DNA of 64,000 nucleotides from an uncultured Spirochaetota bacterium (GCA_963820525.1 CAWGAA010000001.1:320001-384000); one strand, 5' to 3'. Positions 1-9,516 are shown, counted from the first letter of the stretch. Translations and numbers: made by a program. The notes: generated by a model from the letters alone, not told the origin.

Positions 1-868
1 GGCCGAGAAAAGGCACCGTGTTGTAGGTGGGCGGCTTGGCGAGATTTTCCGAGCCGATGACGAGGTCCGCGCGGAGAAGCTCGGCATTGGCCACGAAGCC
101 GAAGCCGGAACGCGTCAAGAACTCCATTCTGCCGCCTAACGAGACGGAGTGGGTATAGGTGGTGAGCTTGTCGAGGCCGAACGTGTAGGAGAAGGACATC
201 CCTGTAGCGATCTTTTCGATACGGAATGAGGGATACCAGATGAGCCCGAGCTGGCCGCGGATCGAGTTCCAGATCGGAAGCTGCAGGGGAAAACGAAGCT
301 CGGCATCGAGGGCGAATGATTCGTTTATATTGAAGGTATACACGATTCCCGGCTGGAGCAGCGACAGGTTCTGAAGCACCGTCGGCTCCAGGACCAGGGC
401 CCAGAACGCCCCGATCGCATTCCTGCGCGCTGTGCGGGAAAACCGCGCAAAGTAGGCGGCCTTCACTTTCGAAAACCTTTCCAGAACGAAGGGTGGCACT
501 TCGGCGGGGTCTCCCAGATCGAGATCGAGGTCGATTTCCAGCCCCATGGCCAGCTGCTCATCCACCTTCTGCTCGTATCCCGGGTCCCGAAACGTGTATG
601 CCAGGAGAGCCGAAAGGCCGTAGAGGCGTGCTATGGACTTCGACGGACGTCTCGTGGCCGCCGACTGGTACGTTTCGATGGCCTGGGAAACGATGCCGAA
701 ACATTCCTCGTACCGCCCGGAGGCGTACAGCTCTTGAGCCTTTGCCAGCGCCTCCCCTTCGACATCAACGGTCTTTTGCTGGCCTGACTGCTGCGCCCCA
801 AGCGGCGCGATTGCGGAGAGAAATAATGCCAGGAGAACGAGGGCAGGCGGGCTGCTCCGGGAGGTCAC
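1..868 (-). CDS. Secreted protein, N-terminal TPR-like helical region plus C-terminal outer-membrane beta-barrel-like region (3' end outside window)
   Basis: Manually translated; absent from the ORF track because it runs off the edge. GTG at 868 overlaps the upstream TGA (GTGA). Signal-peptide-like ALVLLALFLSAIAPLGA, TPR-like ALAKAQELYASGRYEEC, then amphipathic strands (PGIVYTFNI, GQLGLIWYP, GMSFSYTFG, SLGGRMEF). Confidence 0.7.
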   Translation of the reverse strand, partial: MTSRSSPPALVLLALFLSAIAPLGAQQSGQQKTVDVEGEALAKAQELYASGRYEECFGIVSQAIETYQSAATRRPSKSIARLYGLSALLAYTFRDPGYEQKVDEQLAMGLEIDLDLDLGDPAEVPPFVLERFSKVKAAYFARFSRTARRNAIGAFWALVLEPTVLQNLSLLQPGIVYTFNINESFALDAELRFPLQLPIWNSIRGQLGLIWYPSFRIEKIATGMSFSYTFGLDKLTTYTHSVSLGGRMEFLTRSGFGFVANAELLRADLVIGSENLAKPPTYNTVPFLG

Positions 869-2973
869 TTCAGCACCTCCTGTATCCGGAGCGGTGTATC
901 GCCCTCGCGGATGTAGATCGTGCGGCTCCTGCTATAGCCCAGGGCTTCATTCGCGATGGTAAGCGTATGCGTACCGGCCTGTACGCGGTAGGGTTTCACG
1001 TACGGGGTGTCCAGAACGTACTTTCCGTCCAGCGAAATCCGCGCGGTTGGCCTCACGTCGAAAGTGATCCAGCCCCAGACCTCTTCGAGCGACACCTCGC
1101 TTTTGGCCTGCTCGCCGGCCGCCACGGTCGCGGTGAACGAATTGGCCCCATACCCTTCCATTTCGAGGCTGACGATGTGATCGCCGGACTGGATGTTTTC
1201 AGCGTACGGGGTTCTTTTTCCCGTGCGCTGTCCGTCCACCGAAACTTCGGCGCCGGGAGGCTGGGAATTGATGATGAGGATACCGGTGTCCTTCTCAGCC
1301 CCCCCCTGGGCGGCCTCACTCGTGCCGGCGGCCGCCTCGGAAGGGGCCGCGGGCTTGGGCTGGCCGGCGCGAGCCTGGGGGGGAGCCGTTTTCGCGGCCT
1401 CCGCCGGGAAGGGGATGCTGAAGGCGCGACGCTCGGGAGAAATCCCGACGTCAAGCTCCACCTTCTCCCCGGTCTTGAGAACCGCGATGATTCTATGCGG
1501 CCCGAGCTCGAGGGAGGGGACCTGAATGATGAGGGGATCGCGCTGCCCCTCACTCGTGAGAGCCTGCTCGTTGTCGATAGAGAGCCGATAGGGGCCGCGG
1601 TTTGCGATGAAAGTGACCCCCTTCACCAGGGGCCGCGAGGAGTCGGCGGCTGCGGCGCCGTCGGTCCGGCGCGACTGGGCTGAAGATATCCCCAGTCTCT
1701 GGGCGGCCTCGGGGAGATAGCGCGGAATCAGGAAAAACCACGAAACGAGGCCAACCGCCAACACCCCGGCGGCAACGATCGCAGCGAGGAGGGTCCGCGA
1801 GCCTTTCTGGAACTGGAGGCCGGCTTCCTTTGCCGCTTTCCAGATCGAATGCTCGCGGCGGATCCAGCGTCGAAAAAGGTCCATCTTGAACCTGTACGTC
1901 GCGCTCTCGCCCTTCTCGAGGAACTCCCCATGATACCCCTCTTCGAGCAGCACGTTCACCTGCTCCTTCTTGAAGGGAAGCACAATCCTGTTCGTCTTGA
2001 TGAAATGAACTATCTGCTCGGAATCGGACCATCCCTCGGGATCCGCGAGCCTGCTGGCAAGGGATGAGAGGATGATCTGATCCCACTCGCTCACGCTGTT
2101 CCAGCTGTAGATCATCTGCGGCAGGGGGTTGTCGACGATCTCCCGAACGATTCGCTCCAGATCCTCCGCGCCGGGCTGGCCCTTCTGGTCTTCGATGAGA
2201 AGGTCGACCATGTTCTGGCAGATCACCTGCGTATAGAAAGGCTGGCCGCCGGTAAGCCGATAGATCGACTCGACCATGCCCGCCGGGTACGACACATACT
2301 CGCGGAGGGGCTCCGTGATGAGCCGGGAGGTGTCTCCGCGCGAGAGGTACGAGATCTTTCTGTACACGGATTTGCCCAGGAGAGACTTCCAGATGTCGAC
2401 TTTCCTGTCTTCCAGGTTGGTGGAGCCGGTGAAGATGAAGGAGACCCGATATGGGCTCTCCAGTATTCCCGCAAGGTAGTGGATTGCCGATTCGCCGAGA
2501 GATCCGTCCTTGATCTTGGTTTCTATCAGCTCGTACTCGTCGAAGAGAAAAAGAACGATCCGCTCGGGTGCGTTGGCGCGCGCCAGCGCCAGAAAGGATT
2601 CGAAGAGCCGCTCGACGCTCGGTGTTCCCGCCTCCGCCTCGAGCCTCTCCATGGAGAGGCCCCTGCTGCCCAGGGCCTCGCAGCCGGCTTTCAGGACGGA
2701 TCGGAAGAAATCCAGCTCTCCACGGATGCCGGCCAGCATCTGCATGTCGATGAGGACGGGCAGAAAGACGCTCCCCAGCCTGCCGCCGAGGATCTGGAAG
2801 AGAATCGAGGTCTTGCCCGAGCGCCTTTCGCCGCAGAGCACGAGGATCTGATTGGCTTTTCCTTCCCCGATCTTCTTCGCCACGAACTGGAAATCGTCCT
2901 CGCGGCCGAAAAACATCTCCTTCGACTTTATGGGATTGCCGACGATGTAGGGATTGAATGGGATTGACTTCAT
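865..2973 (-). CDS. STAND-like P-loop NTPase with one TM helix and C-terminal PEGA domains
   Basis: NPYIVG..FFGRE, Walker A GERRSGKTS, Walker B LFLFDEYE, LTGGQPFY (GxP) motif, TM LLAAIVAAGVLAVGLVSWFFLI, PEGA-like INSQPPGAEVSVDG...TP. Start moved to ATG 2973 (MKSIPFNP). Confidence 0.8.
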   Translation of the reverse strand: MKSIPFNPYIVGNPIKSKEMFFGREDDFQFVAKKIGEGKANQILVLCGERRSGKTSILFQILGGRLGSVFLPVLIDMQMLAGIRGELDFFRSVLKAGCEALGSRGLSMERLEAEAGTPSVERLFESFLALARANAPERIVLFLFDEYELIETKIKDGSLGESAIHYLAGILESPYRVSFIFTGSTNLEDRKVDIWKSLLGKSVYRKISYLSRGDTSRLITEPLREYVSYPAGMVESIYRLTGGQPFYTQVICQNMVDLLIEDQKGQPGAEDLERIVREIVDNPLPQMIYSWNSVSEWDQIILSSLASRLADPEGWSDSEQIVHFIKTNRIVLPFKKEQVNVLLEEGYHGEFLEKGESATYRFKMDLFRRWIRREHSIWKAAKEAGLQFQKGSRTLLAAIVAAGVLAVGLVSWFFLIPRYLPEAAQRLGISSAQSRRTDGAAAADSSRPLVKGVTFIANRGPYRLSIDNEQALTSEGQRDPLIIQVPSLELGPHRIIAVLKTGEKVELDVGISPERRAFSIPFPAEAAKTAPPQARAGQPKPAAPSEAAAGTSEAAQGGAEKDTGILIINSQPPGAEVSVDGQRTGKRTPYAENIQSGDHIVSLEMEGYGANSFTATVAAGEQAKSEVSLEEVWGWITFDVRPTARISLDGKYVLDTPYVKPYRVQAGTHTLTIANEALGYSRSRTIYIREGDTPLRIQEVLK

Positions 2974-3109
2974 CTCTGACACCGAGTATAGCACAGATGC
3001 AGCCGATTGCCACTGCAGAGGACGGCGGGCTCCCGGCCAAGACCTTCCGGCGGCACCCTGGTGAATTGAAAAAAGCCGTGCTATATTCTGGACAGTAAGA
3101 GCAAATGAC

Positions 3110-3994
3110 ATGAAAAAGAAAAATCTCGTGACACTGGTTCTCCTGTTCGCGGCAGTCGCTTTGCTGTCCGCCGAAAAGATCTCCATCGACTACCTCGATG
3201 GGACGGTGGAGCTGAAGACGGCGAAGGGCTGGGCACTCCTTTCCATCGGTGACACGATCCCCACCGATGCGAGCGTTCGGGTCTCCAAGGGCGGCTCGTT
3301 GGAGCTTTCCAGCGGAACCCAGCGGATAACGCTCCTGAAAGATGGGGTCTACGCCGTCGCCGACCTCTTGAAAGCCGGTGGGAAGAGCGGAAAAGCCGGC
3401 ATTGGAGTGGCTCTCACGCAAAAGCTGCACTCTATGACGGCCGAAAAGGAGCAGCAAGGCACCGTGGCGGGCGCACGTGGCGCGCAGCAGGGGCAGGGAG
3501 CGGACGTCCAATGGGTCGACGAAAACGAGGAAACCCGGGCGACTGTGAACGACCTGTTCGAGAAAGGCAAGTACGCGGACGCGGTGTCCATCATCAAGGG
3601 GGCGATCGCGGACGCGTCGACCAGCGATGAGAGGAAAGAGCTCAGCTACCAGCTTGCCGTCGCGTACTACGGATCGGGGAAAACGGCGCTCGCGTTCCGC
3701 ACGGTTTCCAAAGTCTCCCCCGCGGTGACGGTGGGATACTACCCCGATTTCATGATCCTCAAGGCAAACATCCTCCTGGACAGCGCCGCTTACAAGGACG
3801 GGCTTGCGGTGCTCGGCGAGTTCCTCAAGACCAAGCCGCAAAACTCGTACGCCCAGGTGGCGTACCTGCTCTCGGCCGAGTGCTCGAGAGGGCTGGGCGA
3901 CGAGAAGGCTTCCGCGGAGGCTTTAAAGACCGGCTACGCGCTGGATCCGCAGAGCGAAACGGCGAAGCAGATCTCCGACATGCAGGGCAACTAG
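3110..3994 (+). CDS. Exported FecR-like beta domain plus TPR protein
   Basis: Signal peptide; YLDGTVE...W..LSIGDTI...SVRV motif and VAGARG typical of FecR-like domains; TPR-like helices in the C-terminal half. Confidence 0.7.
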   Translation: MKKKNLVTLVLLFAAVALLSAEKISIDYLDGTVELKTAKGWALLSIGDTIPTDASVRVSKGGSLELSSGTQRITLLKDGVYAVADLLKAGGKSGKAGIGVALTQKLHSMTAEKEQQGTVAGARGAQQGQGADVQWVDENEETRATVNDLFEKGKYADAVSIIKGAIADASTSDERKELSYQLAVAYYGSGKTALAFRTVSKVSPAVTVGYYPDFMILKANILLDSAAYKDGLAVLGEFLKTKPQNSYAQVAYLLSAECSRGLGDEKASAEALKTGYALDPQSETAKQISDMQGN

Positions 3995-4024
3995 CCCGGT
4001 GAGATAGACGATAAGAACCTCCTT

Positions 4025-4086
4025 GGCCCCGGCGCCGGACGGCCCCTACTCTCAGGGCGTTTCGGCCTCGGGGCCGCTTTTTTTTT
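4025..4086 (+). terminator. Rho-independent terminator
   Basis: Imperfect GC hairpin GGCCCC...GGGGCC followed by a T run, downstream of the FecR-TPR gene. Confidence 0.6.
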
Positions 4087-4129
4087 GCGGGACAAATGCC
4101 GAAGGCCCCGGCGGTGGTCGCGTTGCCTT

Positions 4130-4783
4130 CTACAGAAGTTCGATAAGGTTGAGGGGGGCCCGGATCACTTCTCGTGCACCGGCCGCGAGCAGCTCCTCTT
4201 GAGTGCGGAATCCCCAGAGCGCCCCCACGGGAAACATTCCCGCGGCACGGGCGGTTGCCATGTCCGTGTCGCTGTCTCCAAGGTAGAGAAAGCCTTCGGG
4301 GGGAATCCCGAGGAGGCTGGCGATCTCCTTGCACCCTGCCGGGTCCGGTTTTCTCGGGATCCCCGCCCGCTCGCCGAATGCCGCATCGAATTGGAGGCCG
4401 GGAAAGTAATGCTCGAGCATTTCAGCCACGAACGCATTCGGCTTGTTGGAGAGAACCGCTCGCTTCACTCCCAGCTCTGAAAGCCTCTGCAATAACTCGC
4501 TGATTCCCGGATACGGCCGGGTCTTGAGGCTCCACCTCCGGCTGTATTCCTCCCCCATTTCCCGCGCGCAGATGGAGACGAGATTCGAGTCGCCGCGCGC
4601 TGATCGGGGAAGGGCCCGCTCGAGGAGGGTCCTGACGCCCTCTCCCACGAAGAGCCTGTATGCCGGAATGGGATGAACGGGAAAGCCATGGGCTGCCAGG
4701 ACGGAGTTGGCCGACTCCGCCAGGTCTTCCAGTGTGTTCAAAAGCGTGCCGTCCAGATCGAAGAGAACAGCGTGGTGGCTCAT
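4130..4783 (-). CDS. HAD-family hydrolase (phosphoglycolate phosphatase-like)
   Basis: FDLDGTL, LSNK, KPDP and GDSDTD motifs. Confidence 0.9.
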   Translation of the reverse strand: MSHHAVLFDLDGTLLNTLEDLAESANSVLAAHGFPVHPIPAYRLFVGEGVRTLLERALPRSARGDSNLVSICAREMGEEYSRRWSLKTRPYPGISELLQRLSELGVKRAVLSNKPNAFVAEMLEHYFPGLQFDAAFGERAGIPRKPDPAGCKEIASLLGIPPEGFLYLGDSDTDMATARAAGMFPVGALWGFRTQEELLAAGAREVIRAPLNLIELL

Positions 4784-4799
4784 GTCGTGAAAAAAGCGG

Positions 4800-5540
4800 C
4801 TATGTCCGCCTGCTGAGGTAGAAGAAGAGCATCCCCCCCTGAGTCTCCACCGTGAGATTCCATTGGGCTGGATCGAAAATGGAGAAGACTTCCTGGATGA
4901 GACGCGCTGAAACGGGCCTCTCCGAGATCACCTCTTGTGGGGGATTCTGGAAGAATACGGTCCCGTAGAGGCCGCCATCACGCTTGAGGACCCGCTTGAT
5001 CTCCTCTGCGCACTTCTGGGGCTCCGGGAATGCATTGAAAACCATGAGAGCAAGACACAGGTCCACGCAGTTGTCGGGAAGCGGGATCCGCTCGGCGTCG
5101 ATGTTCCAGAGGGCCATGTTGAAACTCTCACCCAGGAGGCTCTTCGCGTGGGCCAGCATCTCGGCCGAGATATCCATCCCGAGGTAGATGGAATTTGAGG
5201 GAATGAAGGAGCCCACCGGAAACGAGGTCCCGCAGCCGACGTCGAGGATGACCTTCCCGCCGGCGCCCGCCATGAAGGCCTCGAGCTTCGCGGCGTAGGC
5301 GCTCCACGGGCAGCCGAGGCTTTCGATGAGTCGAACAATGGCATTGTCGTAGGTGGAAGCCAGCGTTTCGAATGTCTTTTGGACCACCCTTTGGGCATCA
5401 GAAAGGGGGAGAGACGTGAGAAAATCGATTACTCCGTTTTTTATGGGGTACACCCTTCCGCACTTGGAGCAGGTGAAAGAGTCTCCGTTTCGCGCAAGAC
5501 TCTCCCTGCAGCTCGGGCAGAAGGGCGAGAACAGTTGCAT
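4800..5540 (-). CDS. Class I SAM methyltransferase with N-terminal zinc ribbon
   Basis: CPSC...CSKC; ILDVGCGT; DAERIPLPDNCVD. Start ATG 5540 or 5546. Confidence 0.85.
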   Translation of the reverse strand: MQLFSPFCPSCRESLARNGDSFTCSKCGRVYPIKNGVIDFLTSLPLSDAQRVVQKTFETLASTYDNAIVRLIESLGCPWSAYAAKLEAFMAGAGGKVILDVGCGTSFPVGSFIPSNSIYLGMDISAEMLAHAKSLLGESFNMALWNIDAERIPLPDNCVDLCLALMVFNAFPEPQKCAEEIKRVLKRDGGLYGTVFFQNPPQEVISERPVSARLIQEVFSIFDPAQWNLTVETQGGMLFFYLSRRT

Positions 5541-5547
5541 AATCATT

Positions 5548-5577
5548 ATTTTATGGTACTATGCCGCGGTCTGTCAA
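5548..5577 (-). promoter_or_regulatory. Sigma-70 promoter, probably leaderless
   Basis: TTGACA-N18-TAAAAT on the minus strand, 7 nt before ATG 5540. Confidence 0.55.
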
Positions 5578-5636
5578 ATAGGGAGCCACCAGGCCCGCGT
5601 GCCATCCCTGCTTGATGGCTCCTGGTTTTGCCGTTT

Positions 5637-7640
5637 ATGAAAGCAATAGCCTTTGAAAATCTCAATGAATATCAGCTTGCAGCAGTGCAAGCAACCGAGG
5701 GCCCTCTTCTCATCCTTGCGGGCGCCGGCTCGGGCAAAACCCGCGTCATAACCTATCGGATCGCCCAACTTCTGGCCAAGGGCGTTCCCCAGTCTGAGGT
5801 CCTGGCCGTCACATTCACGAACAAGGCCGCCCGGGAGATGGCTCAAAGGGTCAAGCAGCTCATTCCCCGGAAGCTTTCACGCCTTACCATCAGCACGTTC
5901 CACTCCTTTGGCGCTCAAATCCTCAGGGAGAAGGGCTCTCTTCTCGGCTACCGGCCGAACCTCACCATCTACGATTCCCAGGACCAGGTCTCGCTGATGA
6001 AAGAAACGGCTCGCGAGATGGCCATGAAGACCGATGAGTACGATTTCGCCAAGGTGGCCGGATACCTGTCCGGCATAAAAACGGGGCGCAAGGCATGGAA
6101 AGCCTCGGACAAGGCCCTCAAGCCGCTGTTCAAGGAATACCAGAAGAACCTGAAGCTCGCAAATGCTGTGGACTTCGACGATCTGATCGTCCTTCCCATC
6201 AAGATCCTCGGAGAATCCGAGGAGGCACGGACAGCCTACCGGGAGCGGTTCCGCTATATCCTGGTGGATGAGTTCCAGGATACCTCCGCCAATCAGTACG
6301 AGCTCATGAAGCTCCTGGCAGAGGGACGGGGAAACATCTGCGTTGTCGGAGACGACGACCAGTCCATATACTCCTGGCGGGGGGCAAGCTTCGAGAATAT
6401 CGTGAAATTCGAGAGAGACTTTCCCGGCCTTCGGGTGATAAAGCTGGAGCAGAACTACCGCTCCACCCGTGCAATACTTCGGGCCGCAAACGGCCTCATC
6501 AGCCATAACAAGAACCGGAAGCCCAAGCAGCTGTGGAGCGGTCTGCCCGAGGGGGAACCGATCGAGCTCTCCTACCCTGACAATGAGCTTGAGGAAGCCG
6601 AGCACATCGCCGACGCGATCAGGGCGCTTGCCATCCGGCATTCACTCACCTACCACGACTTCGCAGTTCTGGTGAGAGCCAACCATCTCACGCGCGCCCT
6701 GGAAGAGGTCTTCCGCAAGGAAAGCATCCCCTACGTGATCTCTGGTGGAACCGGCTTCTTCGAACGACAGGAGGTCCGGGACGTCCTTGCATACCTGAAG
6801 GTGATCGTCAACCACGATGACGACACGAGCCTGCTCAGGATCGTCAACACTCCCCGGAGGGGCTTGGGCCGGAAGCTCCTGGAGCATGTCATGATCTACG
6901 CCGCCAAGCAGGGATTCTCCCTGTACTCCGCCATGTCCGCTGCCGTCGCTGGGAAGGTTCCGGCCGTCGAAGAAAAGGCCCGCGGGCTGATCTCGGAGTT
7001 CCTCCAGCTGATCGAGGGCTTCCGGGAGCGCTTCTTTTCCGGAGATAAAATCGCTCCAAGCCTCAAGGCCCTTGTTGAGGAGATCGACTACTGGGGCCAT
7101 CTCATGGCGGAAACCAAGGACAAGGATGCCGCCCGCTGGAAGCTCGCCAATGTGGAGTCCCTCATTGGATCCGTGGCAGACTACGAAGAGGACCCCGACA
7201 ACGTGTCGCCCAGCATCTACGATTACCTGCGCAATGTGAGCCTCGCGGGCCGCGACGACCTGGAAGAGAAGGACTCCTCCGGCAGGGTCAATGTGATGAC
7301 AATCCACGCGGCAAAGGGACTGGAGTTCCCCGTCGTCTTCGTGGCCGGAGTGGAGGAAGGGATCATTCCTCATGCCCGCTCCGTGGAGGAGGCAAACGCA
7401 GACGAGGAGGAGGAGCGAAGGCTCTTCTACGTGGCCATCACAAGGGCGCAGCGGAGGCTGTTCCTCAGCGCCTGCTCTTCCCGGCGGAGGATGGGCAGGC
7501 CCTGCGAGTCCGTCCCCTCCCCCTTCCTCGACGAGATCCCTCCGGAGTGTCTCTCCGTGCGCGAGCAGGAAGGAGATCTGGCGGCGGAGGAGGCGGCGCG
7601 CCTTTTCGCCGAGGCGCGAAGGCGGTTCGTCAAGGAGTAG
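5637..7640 (+). CDS. uvrD: UvrD/Rep/PcrA family SF1 DNA helicase
   Basis: LAGAGSGKT, TFTNKAA, DEFQD, VGDDDQSIY, EQNYRS, TIHAAKGLEF, EERRLFYVAITRA. Confidence 0.93.
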   Translation: MKAIAFENLNEYQLAAVQATEGPLLILAGAGSGKTRVITYRIAQLLAKGVPQSEVLAVTFTNKAAREMAQRVKQLIPRKLSRLTISTFHSFGAQILREKGSLLGYRPNLTIYDSQDQVSLMKETAREMAMKTDEYDFAKVAGYLSGIKTGRKAWKASDKALKPLFKEYQKNLKLANAVDFDDLIVLPIKILGESEEARTAYRERFRYILVDEFQDTSANQYELMKLLAEGRGNICVVGDDDQSIYSWRGASFENIVKFERDFPGLRVIKLEQNYRSTRAILRAANGLISHNKNRKPKQLWSGLPEGEPIELSYPDNELEEAEHIADAIRALAIRHSLTYHDFAVLVRANHLTRALEEVFRKESIPYVISGGTGFFERQEVRDVLAYLKVIVNHDDDTSLLRIVNTPRRGLGRKLLEHVMIYAAKQGFSLYSAMSAAVAGKVPAVEEKARGLISEFLQLIEGFRERFFSGDKIAPSLKALVEEIDYWGHLMAETKDKDAARWKLANVESLIGSVADYEEDPDNVSPSIYDYLRNVSLAGRDDLEEKDSSGRVNVMTIHAAKGLEFPVVFVAGVEEGIIPHARSVEEANADEEEERRLFYVAITRAQRRLFLSACSSRRRMGRPCESVPSPFLDEIPPECLSVREQEGDLAAEEAARLFAEARRRFVKE

Positions 7641-7642
7641 GG

Positions 7643-7669
7643 AAAAAAAGGGGCGCCTTCCGGCGCCCC
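7643..7669 (-). terminator. Rho-independent terminator of the sigma-factor gene
   Basis: GGGGCGCC-TTCC-GGCGCCCC hairpin preceded by A7 on + (U run on minus). Confidence 0.75.
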
Positions 7670-7691
7670 CTGTCTCGTCATATCTGATTTT

Positions 7692-8582
7692 CTACATGTA
7701 GGCGCGCAGCACGTGGCTCCGGGAAGGGTGTTGGAGCCGCTTGATTGCTTTCTTCTCGATCTGCCTGATGCGTTCCTTGGTCAGCTTGTACTTCGAGCCG
7801 ATCTCCTTCAACGACATCGGTCTCTTCCCGTTCAAGCCGAAGCGGTACTGGATGATCTCCGCCTCTTTCTGGGTGAGGGTTTTCAGGATGCTGTTGATGT
7901 CCTCGCGCAGGGAGTTTTCAATGACCATATCGTCCGGCATCGGCTGTTCCTTGTCCTCGACGAAGTCGCCCAGGAGCGAGGAATCCTTCTCGGAGTAGAC
8001 GGGAGTGTCCAGGGAGATGAGCTCGCGGGAGATGTTGATCAGGTCTGCGACGTGATCCGGGTCGATGTCCAGCTTCTTGGCGATCATATCCGTCTCCGAT
8101 ATGGAGTATTGCTCGCCCTGCAGGTCCTTCTTGACCTTCTCGATCTGGACCAGCTCGTTCGCCCTGTTCAGGGGAAGGCGGATCATCCGCGACTTTTCGC
8201 AGATCGCCTTGAGTATCGCCTGGCGGATCCACCATACGGCGTAAGAGATGAAGTGGTATCCCTTGTCCACGTCAAAGCGTTCGATCGCATTCATCAGCCC
8301 GATGTTTCCCTCGCTGATGAGGTCGGCCAGGGGAAGGCCCTGATTCTGGTACTTTTTGGCGACGTTCACGACAAACCGGAGGTTGGCGCGGATCAGCTTG
8401 TCTTTAGAGATGCCCTCGCCCTTTGCGGCCCTCCGGGCAAGATGCTCCTCCTCTCCCCGAGTCAGGAGCGGGATCTTGTTTATTTCCTTCAGATAAAGGG
8501 ACAGGACGTTTTCATCCGCCCGCGTTGTCTTTCGTTCTTTCTCAGTTTTCTCAATTCTCTCCTCTTTGACTGCTACGCTCAT
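7692..8582 (-). CDS. RNA polymerase sigma-70 family factor lacking region 1.1 (RpoS-like alternative sigma)
   Basis: YLKEI, NLRFVVNVAKKY, DLISEGNIGL, FISYAVWWIRQ, TKERIRQIE; about 296 aa; GAGG RBS before ATG 8582. Confidence 0.92.
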   Translation of the reverse strand: MSVAVKEERIEKTEKERKTTRADENVLSLYLKEINKIPLLTRGEEEHLARRAAKGEGISKDKLIRANLRFVVNVAKKYQNQGLPLADLISEGNIGLMNAIERFDVDKGYHFISYAVWWIRQAILKAICEKSRMIRLPLNRANELVQIEKVKKDLQGEQYSISETDMIAKKLDIDPDHVADLINISRELISLDTPVYSEKDSSLLGDFVEDKEQPMPDDMVIENSLREDINSILKTLTQKEAEIIQYRFGLNGKRPMSLKEIGSKYKLTKERIRQIEKKAIKRLQHPSRSHVLRAYM

Positions 8583-8603
8583 ATTCACCTCGTGCTAATA
8601 CAA

Positions 8604-8619
8604 AGCAAGTAATGTGCCA
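8604..8619 (-). promoter_or_regulatory. Sigma-54 (-24/-12) promoter
   Basis: Minus strand TGGCAC-ATTAC-TTGCT, an exact TGGCAC-N5-TTGCW match ending 21 nt upstream of the sigma gene ATG. Confidence 0.85.
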
Positions 8620-8750
8620 AAGGGAGAATTGGGTCAGCTTATATTTATTTATAGAATAGATAATTAGAATCTATTGCGAACGATGTTCTTATTCCTGGAC
8701 CTGCAATGAGTCAAAATGATACAGATCGGCGAAAACCGCCGAATTCCGCA

Positions 8751-9497
8751 TCAAAATATACCACTCAAGACCTCCTCATTTCCAGGCGTTCGACCGCAAC
8801 AGAGGCTGTAGGGCAAGCCGGAGCCGCAGGTGCAGCGGTCGGTCAGATTCACCCGCCTTTGGGTGCTGAAGTTCACCGCAATGACGCTCTGGGTGGGCGG
8901 CTCGGAAAGGAGAACTGTGGGAAATATGATCCGGGTGGATACGAAGATCGTGCGCTTTTCGTCGCACGACTTGCCCGCCAGCACTCCCGACTTCACGAGG
9001 TTGCCCCAGTAGTCGCGGATGAGATCCACCACCATGTCCTGTTCCGCAAGCGTGGAGAAGGTCCGCTTGTTCTTGGAGAGCAGGTAGCGGGCCAGCTGGA
9101 CGGAGGCGAATGCCTTCCAATCATCCAGATCCTCTCTCTTCTGCTTCTCCATGCCGTACGAGTTTGTGAGTCTCGAGAGCATCCGTCGGGCATGCCCGCG
9201 CTTCTGAAGCCGCTGACAGGACACCCAGCTCTTGATCGCCGTCTCGGGATGGCCCAGACGCCGAAGGGCGACACCGAGATAGAAACAGATGCGGTAGAGG
9301 TCCCTGCCCTTCGATGCCGGGCATTCCTGGAGCGCTTTTTCGAAATACCGGGAGGCTCCCTGCGGATCGTGCCGCGCGAGAAGGCGCAACCCGCGTGTGA
9401 AGTACATGACCCATGCAGTCATTTCAAGACTCAAGACAATGTACATCATGGCCGGGATGGTGACAACTTGGGGACGCAAGGGAGGCACAGCCGGCAC
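8751..9497 (-). CDS. TPR plus SEC-C metal-binding motif protein (start uncertain, likely 9449 or later)
   Basis: TPR-like YFEKAL...FYLGVALRRLG; C-terminal CTCGSGLPYSLCCG. Confidence 0.75.
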   Translation of the reverse strand: MPAVPPLRPQVVTIPAMMYIVLSLEMTAWVMYFTRGLRLLARHDPQGASRYFEKALQECPASKGRDLYRICFYLGVALRRLGHPETAIKSWVSCQRLQKRGHARRMLSRLTNSYGMEKQKREDLDDWKAFASVQLARYLLSKNKRTFSTLAEQDMVVDLIRDYWGNLVKSGVLAGKSCDEKRTIFVSTRIIFPTVLLSEPPTQSVIAVNFSTQRRVNLTDRCTCGSGLPYSLCCGRTPGNEEVLSGIF

Positions 9498-9516
9498 CCC
9501 CGGAGGCGCATAGTCC

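Noticed and set aside
2998..3012. Sigma-54-like TGGCAATCGGCTGCA upstream of the NTPase gene
   Set aside because: GG-to-GC spacing is 9, not the required 10; an extended -10 TGCTATACT fits better.
1550..3841. Long alternative ORFs (e.g. 1550-3841, 493-1683, 14541-15701, 52409-53770) and long N-terminal extensions of lon, lysC and the DinG-like gene
   Set aside because: Shadow frames expected at high GC; they overlap well-supported genes and lack motifs or RBS.
8592..8598. CIRCE half-site TTAGCAC
   Set aside because: No second arm at the 9-nt spacing.
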